A DNA stretch of 63,151 nucleotides, counting the filler, from Reclinomonas americana ATCC 50394 (lineage: Eukaryota), in the NCBI GenBank assembly GCA_048213135.1. It is 13 parts of 13 records of this genome, joined end to end, with 100 filler letters (N's around TTAATTAATTAA, not from the genome) between each part and the next. Parts side by side here need not be neighbours in the genome. Positions count along the whole stretch, not along the records: positions 36,035 to 47,432 come from AFZH01022335.1; positions 47,533 to 58,489 come from AFZH01022336.1; 11 more parts are not named here. The stretch is one strand, 5' to 3'. Below, in pieces: positions 40,301 to 52,048 of this stretch (within the stretch, counting starts at the first letter, position 1; every line of letters begins with the position of its first letter). Position numbers and translations under genes: made by a program. Under the pieces are notes generated by a model. That model made no database searches, was not told the DNA's origin, and was given only the letters and a program-made list of their open reading frames with translations.

Positions 40301-43000
40301 GCTCTCTCTCTGGAAGAGAAAAGAGAAACTCTCTCTCTCTCGCTGAAAGAGAAAAGAGACACTCTGAAAGAGAAAATAGAAACTCTCTGACTCCGAAGGG
40401 GAAAGAGAAACTCTCTCTCTCTCTTACTGAAAGAGAAACGAGACGTTCTCTCTGAAAGAGAAAAGAGACCCGCACTCTCTCTCTCTCTCGCTATGGTGCT
40501 GACCCTCGTGTACTGCAGGATTCGGAGAGCAAACGCGCTAGTCCACTCGTGTCCTCGGTTTGATGTGTAGTTTGCTCGTTTATCGTCAGCAGTGAACTTA
40601 TCCACTCCATTGCGCAGCTGCACGAGGATGAAGATGAGCACAGGCAGTCGGTGAGTTTATTGCCGAAATGTGCGGTCATTGTGGTGCGAAGTGCTGAATT
40701 CAAATCAATGCAGCCGGTGGTCGAGGAGGACGAGGAGGATGCGGAAGAGGAGAAGAAGGAAAAGAAGAGGAAGAAGAGGGTGCAGAATACGGAGCAGGAG
40801 AAGAAAAAGAAGAAGAAGAAGAGCATGAGGAAGAAGAAGGAGGAGGTTTGTTGGCTCTGAGTGCGTGCAAGGTCGGTTGGATGTGAGATAACTGACTGTG
40901 GTTGCGTTCATTGAACAGGAGAGCAGCGAGGAGGACAAGGAGGTGAGTGGGGAAGGGAAAGGGGGTAGAGGGGGAAGAGGAAACGGAGAAGGGGGAGGAA
41001 GAAGAGCAGGATGTGTTGTGCTTAAGAGCTGCAAAAATGTGTCATGAGCTTTTGTGGAGAAGCAGAGAGAAGCAATGGAATTATGGAGGAGATGGGCATG
41101 ATTGTTGACTAAAATAGGAGAGCAGCGAGGAGGGCGAGGTGATACCAGGAGATAGAAGCAAGGGGAGTGCAGAGGAGAAGAGCAAGAACGAGGAGGGAGG
41201 CGTAATTGTGCACGGCCACGTCGGTAACTGACTCCATTGTGTTGCTTGAACAGGAGAGGAGTGAGGAGGACGATGAGGTGAGTAGTGAGGGGGAGAGACG
41301 GGAAAGGAGAGAGAGGGGGGAGGGGTGGGTGTGACGCGCCGGTTGCTGATCTTGGTCTATTGATCGAATAGGAGGCGGACGATGAGGAGGCGGAGGTGAG
41401 TAGGGAGGGGAGGAGAAGAGAAGGAATGGGAGCGAGGGTGTGACGCGATGGTTGCTGACCTTGGTTTTTATCGAATAGAAGGCGGGCGATGAGGAGGCGG
41501 AGGTGAGTAGGGAGGTGGGAAGAAGGGAAAGGAGAGAGAGGGGGGAGGGGTGGGTGTGACGCGCCGGTTGCTGATCTTGGTCTATTGATCGAATAGGAGG
41601 CGGAAGATGAGGAGGAGGAGGTGAGTAGGGACTGGGAGGAGAAGAGAAGAGAATGGGAGCGAGGTGTGACGCGATGGTTGCTGACCTTGCTTTGTTGATC
41701 GAATAGGAGGCGGACGATGAGGAGGCAGAGGTGAGTTGTGAGTGAGAGGGTAGGAAGTGGAAGGGGGAGTAGGAGGAGAGCAAGGAAGAAGAATATGGAG
41801 ATAGATCGGCTCACTTAAGTTGTGTCAATCTACCAGGAGAGCGACGAGGACGATAAGGTGAGTTTGGTCTCAGCGGCAGAGAAGGAAAGAGAGAAAGGCA
41901 AGCGGAGCAGTGGGAGTAGGAGGAGGGAGTGTGACACTCGATGGATGACTGTGCCACATGTTTGAATAGCAGAAAGATGTTCTTCCAGGTGGAAATGTGT
42001 GAGAGAGAGGATCCAGAAAATAGTTTTGCTTTCTCTTCACTTGTGTGCACGTCGGTTGCTGTCTTTTGTGTCAATCGAACCACGAGAGCAGCCAGGGAGG
42101 ACGAGATGAGCACGGGCACCGAAGACAGGAGGGTGGAGTGGGAGGAGGGAGTGGTTGTCAGAGCGGGAATGAGAGGAGGATGCAGAATTGAGTTTTTGCC
42201 AAGCTACCCCCTGCTTGAATAGGAGAGCGGCGACGACAAGGAGGGCAGAGAAGGGTGGAGAGAAAGTAGAGCAGAGCAGTGGGAGCTGGAGGACAGAGTG
42301 TGGCATGCGAACGGAGTGGTTGTCAGTGTGGAAAATAGAGAGGGATGTAGAGTTGAGTATGGTTAGCACTCCCTGGTGGAATAGGAGAACGGCGAGGACG
42401 ATGAGAGCGGAGAAAGAAGGAGAGAAAGTAGAGCAGAGCAGCAGAGTGAGAGGAGTGCGTGTGACACTCATGTTGAGAGGAAATGAGAGGTGGATGCAGA
42501 AGTGAGTTCGTCAAGCTCCCCCTGCTGGGGGAACGAGATCTGTCGAGCGTTTCATCGAGATCAGCACGAACAATGAGAGAAAGGACGCAGCTCCTTGTGT
42601 GTCACTCACTCGCTTCGTTGCAGAAACGTGCCAAATTGAAGCGACAACGCGCAAAGGTTTGTCAGCACATTTGTGGAGTGCCTCCAGCTTCTCGTCGCTC
42701 ACTTGTTTGCTGCAGGAACGTGCTGAGGCGAAGCAACAGCGCGAACAGGTACCTCGTCGATCACCTCTGTTTCTCTCGTGCCCGTTTTGTCGCTGAGTGT
42801 GCGCCGCGCAGCAGGAGCGTGAAGAGTTGCAGAAGAAGCAGCGGAGCGACAAGAAGGTATGGTTGATTGTGTGCTTGTCCCTTGCCTGTTTGCTGACTTG
42901 TTCCTCGTCGTAGCACGCAAGTCGCAAGAGAGCGCGATCGCCGGCCGAGTCCGACGACTCGCCCTCGCCGGCGCCAAAGAGGCGCACGCGGCGCAAGTGA
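36333..43000 (+). CDS. Hypothetical, probably nuclear, protein with basic termini and an acidic tract built from micro-exons
   Basis: MSARKHRK...KKKKIR N-terminus, internal helical exons, E/K-rich exons, and C-terminus SRKRARSP...PKRRTRRK* (TGA 42998-43000). Not every internal junction was resolved. Confidence 0.6.
36740..37450. repeat. Intronic tandem repeat
   Basis: CAGCAGCTTGTTTCGTTATGGCAAGACCTGCAAGTCTTGTC-like and CATTGCTCCTCGTGTGCCTC-like blocks each recur about five times. Confidence 0.85.
40190..40490. repeat. Intronic minisatellite
   Basis: About nine copies of TGAAAGAGAAAAGAGAAACTCTCTC-like units. Confidence 0.8.
40919..42404 (+). repeat. Tandem array of intron+micro-exon units (21-24-nt phase-0 exons)
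   Basis: AG|exon|GT at 40919, 41118, 41254, 41372, 41479, 41597, 41707 and 41837; degenerate copies near 42084, 42222 and 42384. Confidence 0.8.
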
Positions 43001-43108
43001 AGCGGAGAAGAGTATTGTCGACAGAGTTATTGATTGGTTGTCGTCATTTCACAGCATGTACATTTGATTGGGAAGGCAAAGGATTAATTGCACCACGCAA
43101 GTGTTCCC

Positions 43109-45184
43109 TCACTGCGGCAGCGGCCAGCCGAGGCCGCGGAAGCCGGAGAACATGTCCCAGCACTTGTGCATCGACTTGAGCTTGTCGGACTCGTCGAACA
43201 CCATTGTGTAGACGTAGTCGCACTGGGCGCTCTTCGGCGGCTCCGACGGGGGAATGGGGCCACCGGCCCCAGAGTGGGTGATGAAGAAGCTGCGCGCGAA
43301 AGGGAGGGGGGAAGTGAGTGGTGGATGAGAGGAGAGGGGGTGGGGGTGATTTGCGTGCTCACCGAGCGACGACGACGGCGGTGCGCTCGTGGTCGTTGAA
43401 GGCCCAGGCGCGGACGTCGTAGGTGGCGCCAGGGGCGATGCCGGTGACGAGGCCTGGTCGAGGAGGGGGGAAGGTGAGGGAAGGGGAAGGGAGGAGAGAG
43501 GAGAAGGAGGAAAGAATAGAATGAGAAGTTGAGAAGGATGAAAGAAAGGAATGAGAAGGGGAGTGGGTGGAGAGGAAAGAGAAAGGGGAGAAGGAGGAAA
43601 GAACGGGAGTGAGTGGAGAGGGACGAAAAGGAATGAGAAGGGCAAAAGAATGGGAAGGAGAGGAAACCAAACTACATCAGGTGGATGGGTAAGTTCCACA
43701 TTTGCATGCAAGACAGCAACGATGCGAAGAGCAGATGAGGTGCTGGCGGAGGTGAAGAGCGTACAGTACAAGAACAGTGCACGACAAGAGCAACATGAGC
43801 AGAAACATGACAGTCAGAGTGAGAAAACTGTGCTGAGTGGGTGAACGGGGAGAGAAGTTGCAGATTCTCTCTTGGGGACGACGAGACAAAGCCATACATC
43901 GGTGTTCGTGGCGAGACAGAGAATGAAGAGCGCCAGGTGCGCGAAGGAGAAGGGAAGAGAGCGAGAGAGATAGAAAAGGAGAGACAGACAGATATAGAGA
44001 CAGAAAGAGCGCATACGCTCGCGAAAAAAGAGTTGCGCATTGAGATATCAGAGAATAGAGCAAGTCGACAGCACGGCCAGCAAAAGATTTCAGTCCATGC
44101 CACCTATATAGCGGTGCGAGAACGGAACTCGAGAGTGAGACAGACAGAACTAGAATCCATGGGTGAAGAGCACAAGGTGATGAGAGAAGAGAGCACGTCT
44201 AACGTCGGGTCGTGAGAGGAAAGCAACACTTGCACGAGAGAGCGAGCACATGCAGAGTTTGAGAGTGGAGAGGGAGAGGGAGGGAGTGAGCAAGGACAAG
44301 TCTTGCGCAGAGAGGTGCCACACGAGAGACGAGTGCGCATCCGGGCCTCGTGTGTGACGCGAATGCACAGCCACTCACCCTTCATCCAGTCAGCATCTGC
44401 ACATGCAAGCACCACGTCAGCAACCACTCGCCACACACAGCAAGCACAAAGAAGCACGCAACATTCGCCAACGGTCTTCATCGGCAACACGTCGCACTGG
44501 AACGTGTTGTCCGGGGCCAGGAACTCGGCCACACCTTCACCGCCCTGCGAATATTGGACGGGAAATATATCAGCAATTACGAACACGCGGTGACGAGGGA
44601 AAGAAAGGTGAGCAGACAACGAGGAGGGTGCAGAACAGGAGGTGGTGGAACACGGCGAGTGACAGGAGAAGTGAGACAAGAGACATGCAAGTTTGATGAT
44701 GAATGCAAGAGAGAGAGAGAGAGTACGAGGAGGAGGTGGCGTAGAAGAGAGAGAGGAGTGTGTGTTGAGTGAGTGAGAGGGAGCGAGAGGGAGAGAGGGA
44801 GAGAGAAGGTTGGAGCAAGGAGACATTTCCCACCTCGGGAAAATACTCACGCACTTGTCTTGCACAACACGCAGCGCACAAACAGAAAACGGACACACAC
44901 AGTATGGCAGCACATCATGCAAGAGAGAGTGTGTGTGTGTTACGTGTGTGTGAGGGAGAGAGAGAAGAGAGAGAAAGAGAAAAGTGCAATGCATTCATAC
45001 ACACGCATGCATGCAAGCCAAGCACTCACCGCGCCGCTCTCGACAGCGACAAAGAATGCGCGTGCTGCGTCCTGCGCACACACAAGAGCAGAGAGAGAGA
45101 AAGAGAACAAAAGTCCGTCAGTCACACACACACACAGAACATGAGAAGCATTTTTTGCATTGTGCGACTCACGTGGAAAGACAT
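43109..45184 (-). CDS. SnoaL-like / NTF2-fold 'polyketide cyclase' protein of bacterial type, five introns
   Basis: Spliced: MSFH|DAARAFFVAVESGA|GGEGVAEF...TF...VGE|YADWMKG|LVT...YDVRAWAFNDHERTA...|FFITHSGAGGPIPP...DYVYTMVFD...MHKCWD...LGW. This matches the recalled bacterial motifs AFFEACETG, YxEWMKGL, THTGEGGP, DYVYVM and LGW. Confidence 0.8.
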
Positions 45185-46552
45185 TGTGTGTGTTTGAGAG
45201 AGTTGAGAATGAGAGTGGCTTGCTTGTGCTCAGCGAGACGTGAGAAAGTGGGTTGAGTTTCGCAGGGCCACTCGAATTTTTATCCCCCAAGATTGATGAC
45301 AAATGTTCGATGGCCTGCTTTTTGTCATCATCCGCGTCGCAAACACGAACACGCGCGCGGGGATATATAACTCGAGGATTGCCTTTTGCAGAATTGCATG
45401 TGTGGTGTGTACTGTGAGGAGCACGACGCGCTGCGCACAGAAGGGCGGTCGAACGATTGCGGGCGTAAAGTATTGGCGGTTGCGTGGCGGTGTGGGGTGA
45501 GAAAGGCGCGTGGGAGTTGGCAACGGCTTTCTATAGATACTCCGCTGGACACGCAAACGTTGTGAGTGCGAGACTCGGTTGGAGGGCGGCGTCAAATCGG
45601 ACACACTGGAGCCTGTATTGTTTTTGAGTATTTTTTGTGAAACATGCGGGAAGGCCTCTGTTCCCTCGGTTCTTGGCGACGAAGGCATTGTGCCAGCTGT
45701 TGGCGGGCAGGGCCGTATATGGATGTGGAAGGGAGAGACGTGGATTTCGTTGCAGAATTTTTACTTGGCTTGTAGATCAAGGTTGAAAATAATCGCGCAG
45801 ATGGCCTGGGAGCTACAAAGCCACTAGCGCAAATGGCACCGTTGCTGCGCGAAGATCAACTGAGACATCTCACTTGGTCGGCGCATTGCGATGCCGTTGC
45901 CAGAATCAACAGGCGGCAGTGACAACTCCCGTGAGCAACACCATCGTTGTTTATCAGCGACTACCACTCAACTGACACCTTGGCTCCTTCCCGGACCTCC
46001 ATGCACCTTGCCTGGCTTTGTTGGTTCTTCCTATGTGTTCTGACACCAACACCTCTTGCTATCTTTCTCGTTTCCTTTGTGGAATTCGGCGTCAAATCCG
46101 TGCTTGTCATGAACGCCAGCATTAGCCGTACGTCTTGACTTTTTCTCGGTTTTCCGTGATGTCTGAGTTTCTGGTGCTCACTCAAGATGGAGATCGTCAT
46201 GCAGCTGTGTTCCTGTTTGGATTAGTAAAGCTGTTGTTGTTGTTGTGCTCTTCTCCAACAGTCATCTTCTTTTTTTCGCAGTTTACATGTACATTGCGGT
46301 TTCGATTTTCCTCCATGGTTCAGCATAAGCCAGGGAGTCGCGTTCATTGTTTTCATAATATCAATTCCAAAGTTGCCAGTCGGCTCTCCTGCTCACTGCC
46401 CACCCGCTGCGTCAACGCTGCGTTATGTAAACACGGAGAATATTCTTCATGGACAAATCACCAGCATGACTCACACACAACACACACACCGAGAGCGCGC
46501 GCGTGTCACTCGGCCGCCTCTCCTCTCCCCACCCACCACCACCCCCTTACAC

Positions 46553-47137
46553 ATGCTACGCCATGTGCTCCACCTCTTCTCACCACCGACACACCGACAA
46601 CTAGTCGCTGGTGTCGGTGTCCATGTGCATCTGCACATGCGCACACTCTCCACCTCCACCTCACTCTTCCGCAACTCCTCCTCCTCGCCCACTGCATCAC
46701 CTCCCCCTTCCTCACCCCACCACTCATCATCGTCGCCACCACCAAGACGTCGTCGTCGCGGAGGCAACAACAGAGACAATGAGTCATCGTCGTCTCTGCG
46801 CAACCTCAACGACACCGACTTTTTCTACACGATCCAACGTGAGTTGGCCGCCGGCCGTTCGCGCCACGCGCCGCAGCCACGTCACGCGCAGGTCGAATCT
46901 GACATGGTCGCACAACGCATTGCGGTGGGCGGCGATTTCGACAAATTGGATACGGTGGCGGTGACGGTGGAGGGCGGGAATCGGTTGCCGTTGCCCGGGG
47001 CGTTGGGAGCGTTTGGGGAGTTGAAGGAGCGGGTGCCGGAGTTTCTGGCGCGCAATGTGGAGTTGTGTGGCTATGATAGGCCAACTCCGGTGCAGCGGTA
47101 TGCGTTGCCGGTGGGAATGGCGGGAGAGGATATGATG
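46553..47137 (+). CDS. Ded1/DDX3/Vasa-clade DEAD-box helicase, first exon only, putative mitochondrial presequence
   Basis: GDFDKLDTVAVTVEG...FLARNVELCGYDRPTPVQRYALP...GEDMM| (Ded1-type Q-motif region); R/H/S/L-rich N-terminus without acidic residues. Confidence 0.8.
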
Positions 47138-47258
47138 GTGAGAATGAGGGGAAGGGGGTGAGGGGGTAAAGAGGGGAAGAGAGGGAGGGAAAGGGGACAG
47201 ACAGGCATGACGGAAGAATGAGAGAAAGAAGCCGGCCTGCTGGTATTGAGAATAAGCG

Positions 47259-47332
<74 letters not shown>

Positions 47333-47532
47333 GTACGTACGTAGTACGTACGTAGTACGTACGTACGGTACGTACGGAGTAGGTAGTAGGTAAGGTAAGG
47401 TAACGGGTAACGGGTAAACGGGGTAAACGGGGNNNNNNNNNNNNNNNNNNNNNNNNNNNNNNNNNNNNNNNNNNNNTTAATTAATTAANNNNNNNNNNNN
47501 NNNNNNNNNNNNNNNNNNNNNNNNNNNNNNNN

Positions 47533-49828
47533 TCTCTTTGTGTACACCGCGCAACTCACCAACGTTGATTGTCGCCTGCAGTCCATCAAGCAGCAATGGC
47601 GGCGTTGACAGTTTGTCAGCGCGACGCACTGTGACACTGGCCGGGTCGCGCATTGTGTTGCTCTCACCGCCCTCGTCATTGTCATCGTCGTCGTCGCGTC
47701 CATCGTCGGCAAGAAGCTCTGTCATGTCGCCTCCTGCGCCTCCTCCACCACCGCTGGAGCGGCCGCTGTCGGGCAGGCGCGTCATGGACTCGATGCTGCT
47801 CAGCACGGGCGCGGACGATGTCAGTGAGAGGCTGCGTGCGTGGCGGCAGAGTGGAGGCTTTGGGAAGGGCAGTGTCACGCCGAAGCAGCGTGCAGCCAAG
47901 GTGGCGGCGGCGGCGGCAGCTGCGGCGGCTGAGGAGCACGATGAGGAGACACCGGGGGCGTCGCCGCCACTGACTGAGCGGCTGCTCATGTATGAGCCGC
48001 CAGAGTCGCCGCCCACGTCCATGCCACCCTCGGCAGTGCGTACCCCCTCTTTCTCACTCTTTCTCTCGTCATACCCACATTGTTCCGCTGCAGCGCACGA
48101 TGAACAGCTTTGGGAGTGTGATGATGCAGACGGGTGACAGCAGCAGTGGTATGCGGAAGCAGCGGTTCAAGCGGGCCGCGTTGTCGCCGCGTCCGCGATT
48201 GGCGTTTGTGCCGCCACTGGTGCGATTGCATGTCGGTGGCGCGGCGCAGATTACCGAGGTGGAGCATGAGGTGCTGGTGGCGCAGAGTGGGAGTGGTCGC
48301 TCGACAGCGCGACGTGCCAGCTTTGCCGACGTGTCGGGAAGGCGGCCCGAGTCACCCGGCCGGTCCATCTCGCCGACGCTGGCGGAGCCACGCAGGGCGA
48401 GTCTGTCGTCGGCCATGATGATGGAGTCTCGCCGCGGCAGTCTCTCTGCGTTGGTCATGGCGGCGGCTGTGCGACGGTCTTCACCGTCGCCGACATCGGG
48501 TGGTGAAACATCGTCTCGCACCTCGTCACCGGGTACTGCCGGTGGCAGTGGTCGCAGCCTGCGCTCGTCATCCATGTCGCCACGGCAACGCGTCCTCACG
48601 CCACTGCAAAGACCAGCAGTTGCGCCGCTCCCCCTCCTTCACCCGCCGATGTTGCTTCTGTCGCATGTTTTATTGAATCCGTTGTGCAGAGCACGGCAGT
48701 CAAGCCCGGCTTCAACTCGACGGAGCGCAAGTTCTACCAGCGGAGTGTTGCGTCTTGTCACCCGAGTCTCCGGAGATGAGGGAGGGAGGAGGGTAAGAAG
48801 TCTCATGTGCTTGTGTGGCAGCGTGTGTACACTCGACCGCAAGCGCCGCCTGGCTGGGGAGGCGAAGAAGGTGCGCGAGGGCGTCCGCAATCGGCACCGC
48901 AGGGTCCACGGCCGGTTTCACCCGGCCCGCCACCTTTAGTTTTGTTCCTGGGGACGCGCTCCGCGTTTGCTTTATATTTTTCCTCACTGCTCTCTTTGCA
49001 TCGCCAGGCCAGAGACGCATCTCCGCGACCCTCGTCTGCGGTGCGTGACCTTTGTGCGAAGCGTGTTGTTTGTCGATGACTCACCACCGTGCGCAGCGTC
49101 CGGGGTCGGCACGATACCAGCCGCGACCGATGGTTTGCCACTGCACACGTTGTGTTGTTTTCACACCTCTCCTGACTCCCTGTCAATCAGAGTGCAAGTA
49201 GTCAAGGTGGCAACCGCCACGTGCATCCCGGCCACGAAGAAGAGTCGACGCCGCGGTCGTACAAGGAGTCACCGAGACGACCAGGCTTCGCCTCCACCGG
49301 CAGCATGGCGCACCAGCGACGAGATGTGCACCCGACTGGCGACTTGCTCGGCTACATTAGCTGGAGCGTGGCAGACACGCTGCCGGGCACACCGGTGTGT
49401 TTCCAACATCTCTCTCTCTTTTTCTGTTTGTTTGCTTGGGGTGGCATTGCCGCGTGCTGAATGCACTTGTATGTGTGCAGCGATCGCCAGCGAACCGGCC
49501 CCTCTCTGCACGTGGCGCGCCACCGAGAAAAGTGCCTGTTGTTGCGTCCCTCTGTGGTTTTCTCGTCCTGTGTGCCTGTGCCACCTCGCAACTCCCACTC
49601 ATGCACCCGAGCAGAAGTCGCTGCGAATCAACATCCCGCATGTTGCGTCGACATGGCGTGCGGCGATGGTGCCTCCTTTGCTTTTCTCTCATGGCCGCTT
49701 GTGTTCCCATCTCACAGTCATCAGCGGAGGGTCAACAGGTGCCGCGTGGACGCGGTCTACTACTCCTGGCTCCCGGACACTCGCCACTCGAGGGAGGTGG
49801 CGTGCTGGTGGAGAGCCCGGCCACCTGA
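47533..49828 (+). CDS. Hypothetical S/P/R-rich protein, 5' partial
   Basis: Long coding-like exons at 47533-48035 and 48094-48618 followed by short GT-AG exons; the likely stop TGA at 49826-49828 depends on an uncertain frame. Confidence 0.5.
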
Positions 49829-49865
49829 ATCAGACATGTATATTAATTACACGCCCTACAAAAAT

Positions 49866-51982
49866 CTACGCACTGCTGCTGCTGCTGCTGCTGCTCTTCC
49901 ACGCGTTCCACTGCTCGATGGGCAGGTTGAAGGAGGACGCCAGTCGATGTCCACCGCCTCCGTACGACTTGGAGATGACTGCAGCGATTGTGCGTGAGTG
50001 ACTCTTTCGAGGTCAAGGCACACGGCGTCGCGCACCTTCAGTGTTTTCCTCGCCAATGCCTCGCAGCGAAATCTTGATCATGTTCCTGTTGCGACACAGG
50101 AGTTGTGAGGCACCGCTCAAAATAATGGAGCGTGGATACGGAGCGCAACGGAGGGAGTGACGGATCCACTGTTTGCACGACAGCAAGTGAGAACAAGGTG
50201 TAACGCGGTGTGAAGAAACAGGTGTTACACGTACGTACCGTACGCCACAACACCGATGGCACGCAAACCCATGGCTGTTGCATCGCAATGTCAGTCCTCC
50301 ATGCAATGCCATGTTGTGCAACACGAGAGATGGAAAATCACCCACCAGCACTGCGTGAGGCAAGTTGGTTGCCGAGATCCGAACGCAGTCCGGATTGCTC
50401 GAATGGCACCTGAGTGTGGATGGTGAGAATGCGATAGGCGGCGGAGCGCACCAACACTCGATTCACTCGCCTCCACAGCCAAGCAGCGGCCAACACTGGA
50501 CGGTCCAGCACCAAGCGAGATCGTCGCAGCAGTGCCCACAATGCCGTCAATCTCCAGCTGACGACCGGTCAACTTGCTGCGACCGGCGGCAACCAGCGCC
50601 GAGGGATCAATGCCCTGCAGCGTCTCAAAAATGCCCGGGTTCACTCGCGCGTCAAACTCCAGACCGAGTGCTGCCGCGGGAGTGAGTGGACGCACCCGTT
50701 CACGCAGCAATGAACAACATTACCAAACCTGCAAAGCCGCTACCGAAAGCCTGCACAGGGACAAGAAAGCTAACTCAGCAAAGTAAACAAGAAGAAATCC
50801 ACGGGAAAGCAGTCACCTTCCACTCCTTGTCTGCATTGCAGAGGGACAAGTCAGCGACACACAACTCAATGCAGATCACACTCAGATCATACGCACCACC
50901 TCCATCACGCCACAAATCGCCGTCCTGCCACGTATCACGAGTGAGTTGTCCGCACTCTTCACTGTCCACGATAATGCACGCACCTCCACCAACAAAAACG
51001 CTCGATGCAGACGCGCAGCAGCCTCCGTGCTGCCGGCCAACAACTCGGCCGACGTCTGCTGACCGCGCACATCGCTCCACTCCTCCCTCAGTCGCGCCGC
51101 AAAATAATCCCACGAGATCGTGGCCCCACTGCGCTTCATGTCCAGATGCAACTCCACATTCAACGGCAGCCGCCCACCCTGCGACGACACATGTCAGCAG
51201 ACAACTCTCGCGACCCACCAGAGCGGGGTACACACACACAGACACGGAACATCGGCCAGCTCCTCCGCCTCGTCCAGTGCCGTCTTGTGATGATCGAGAA
51301 CGACAATCTGCACGCGCGTGCGCGTGTGAGAGACACGTTGGAGGGCAGCAGACACAAACGAGCGAAAACAAACCGTGCTCTTTGGCAACGCAGCCGCCAG
51401 CTCACACACAAAGCCACGAGGTCCCATGTAGTCACACAGGTACACTGCACACACACACACACACACACCAACAGTGCGTCAATGCGACACACACACAGTG
51501 AATGCATGCACACATGCAAATCACCTCGCTTGGTGTGCTCCGGATGCACCGGCAGCTCATTCACCTGCAAGCGACGCGTCACCTGATGCGGAACAAAGGC
51601 CACCGACTCACCACTGCGCACACACACGCACACACAGATGAGACACAATGAGAGACAGTGCACAACGAGACACACGCGCACGTTCGATGATGATACAGCC
51701 AGGCACCAAATGCCGCAAAGATACCATCAACGCACTGCACATGCCAGTGAGCACACACATGGGCGAGCACACACGCAGTGATTGGCACACACGCAACGGG
51801 ATAGTGATAGAGCACCACAGTGCTGCTGAACGATTGCTGCTCAGCTGCGAGCGCGGAAGAGTCAGAAACACTCACTCACACACACAAGGAGAGAGAGACA
51901 CACACACACCATGCATCGCCAGTGCCACCGACGATGTCATGTACAGACACAGCGGGGCCGCCCTGGCCAAGTAGCGCATCAT
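49866..51982 (-). CDS. DHH-family phosphoesterase with C-terminal DHHA1 domain
   Basis: VVLYHYP|CVDGIFAA, VYLCDYMGP, IVVLDHHKTA, LDMKRSGATISWDYF, VE|DGDLWR, LRSDLGNQLA, IKISLRG, SYGGGGHRLASSF; stop TAG at 49866. Confidence 0.92.
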
Positions 51983-52048
51983 GTTGCAACGAAGAGAGCA
52001 GTTGTCCTCTCGCGTTGCGTCGTCCCCCTTCATTTTTCCGACATAACA

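Noticed and set aside
41254..41730. CRISPR-like regularly spaced repeats
   Set aside because: The spacers are themselves duplicated, the units carry AG/GT splice signals, there are no cas genes, and the context is eukaryotic
47329..47432. Telomere-like GGGTAA/GGGGTAAAC and TACG repeats at a contig end; similar at 7612-7670
   Set aside because: Gradual drift from (GA)n into TACG-ordered homopolymers looks like pyrosequencing dephasing, not a stable telomere unit
49866..50001. C-terminus of plus-strand ORF 48967-50001
   Set aside because: Antisense shadow of the DHHA1 last exon (GGGGH)
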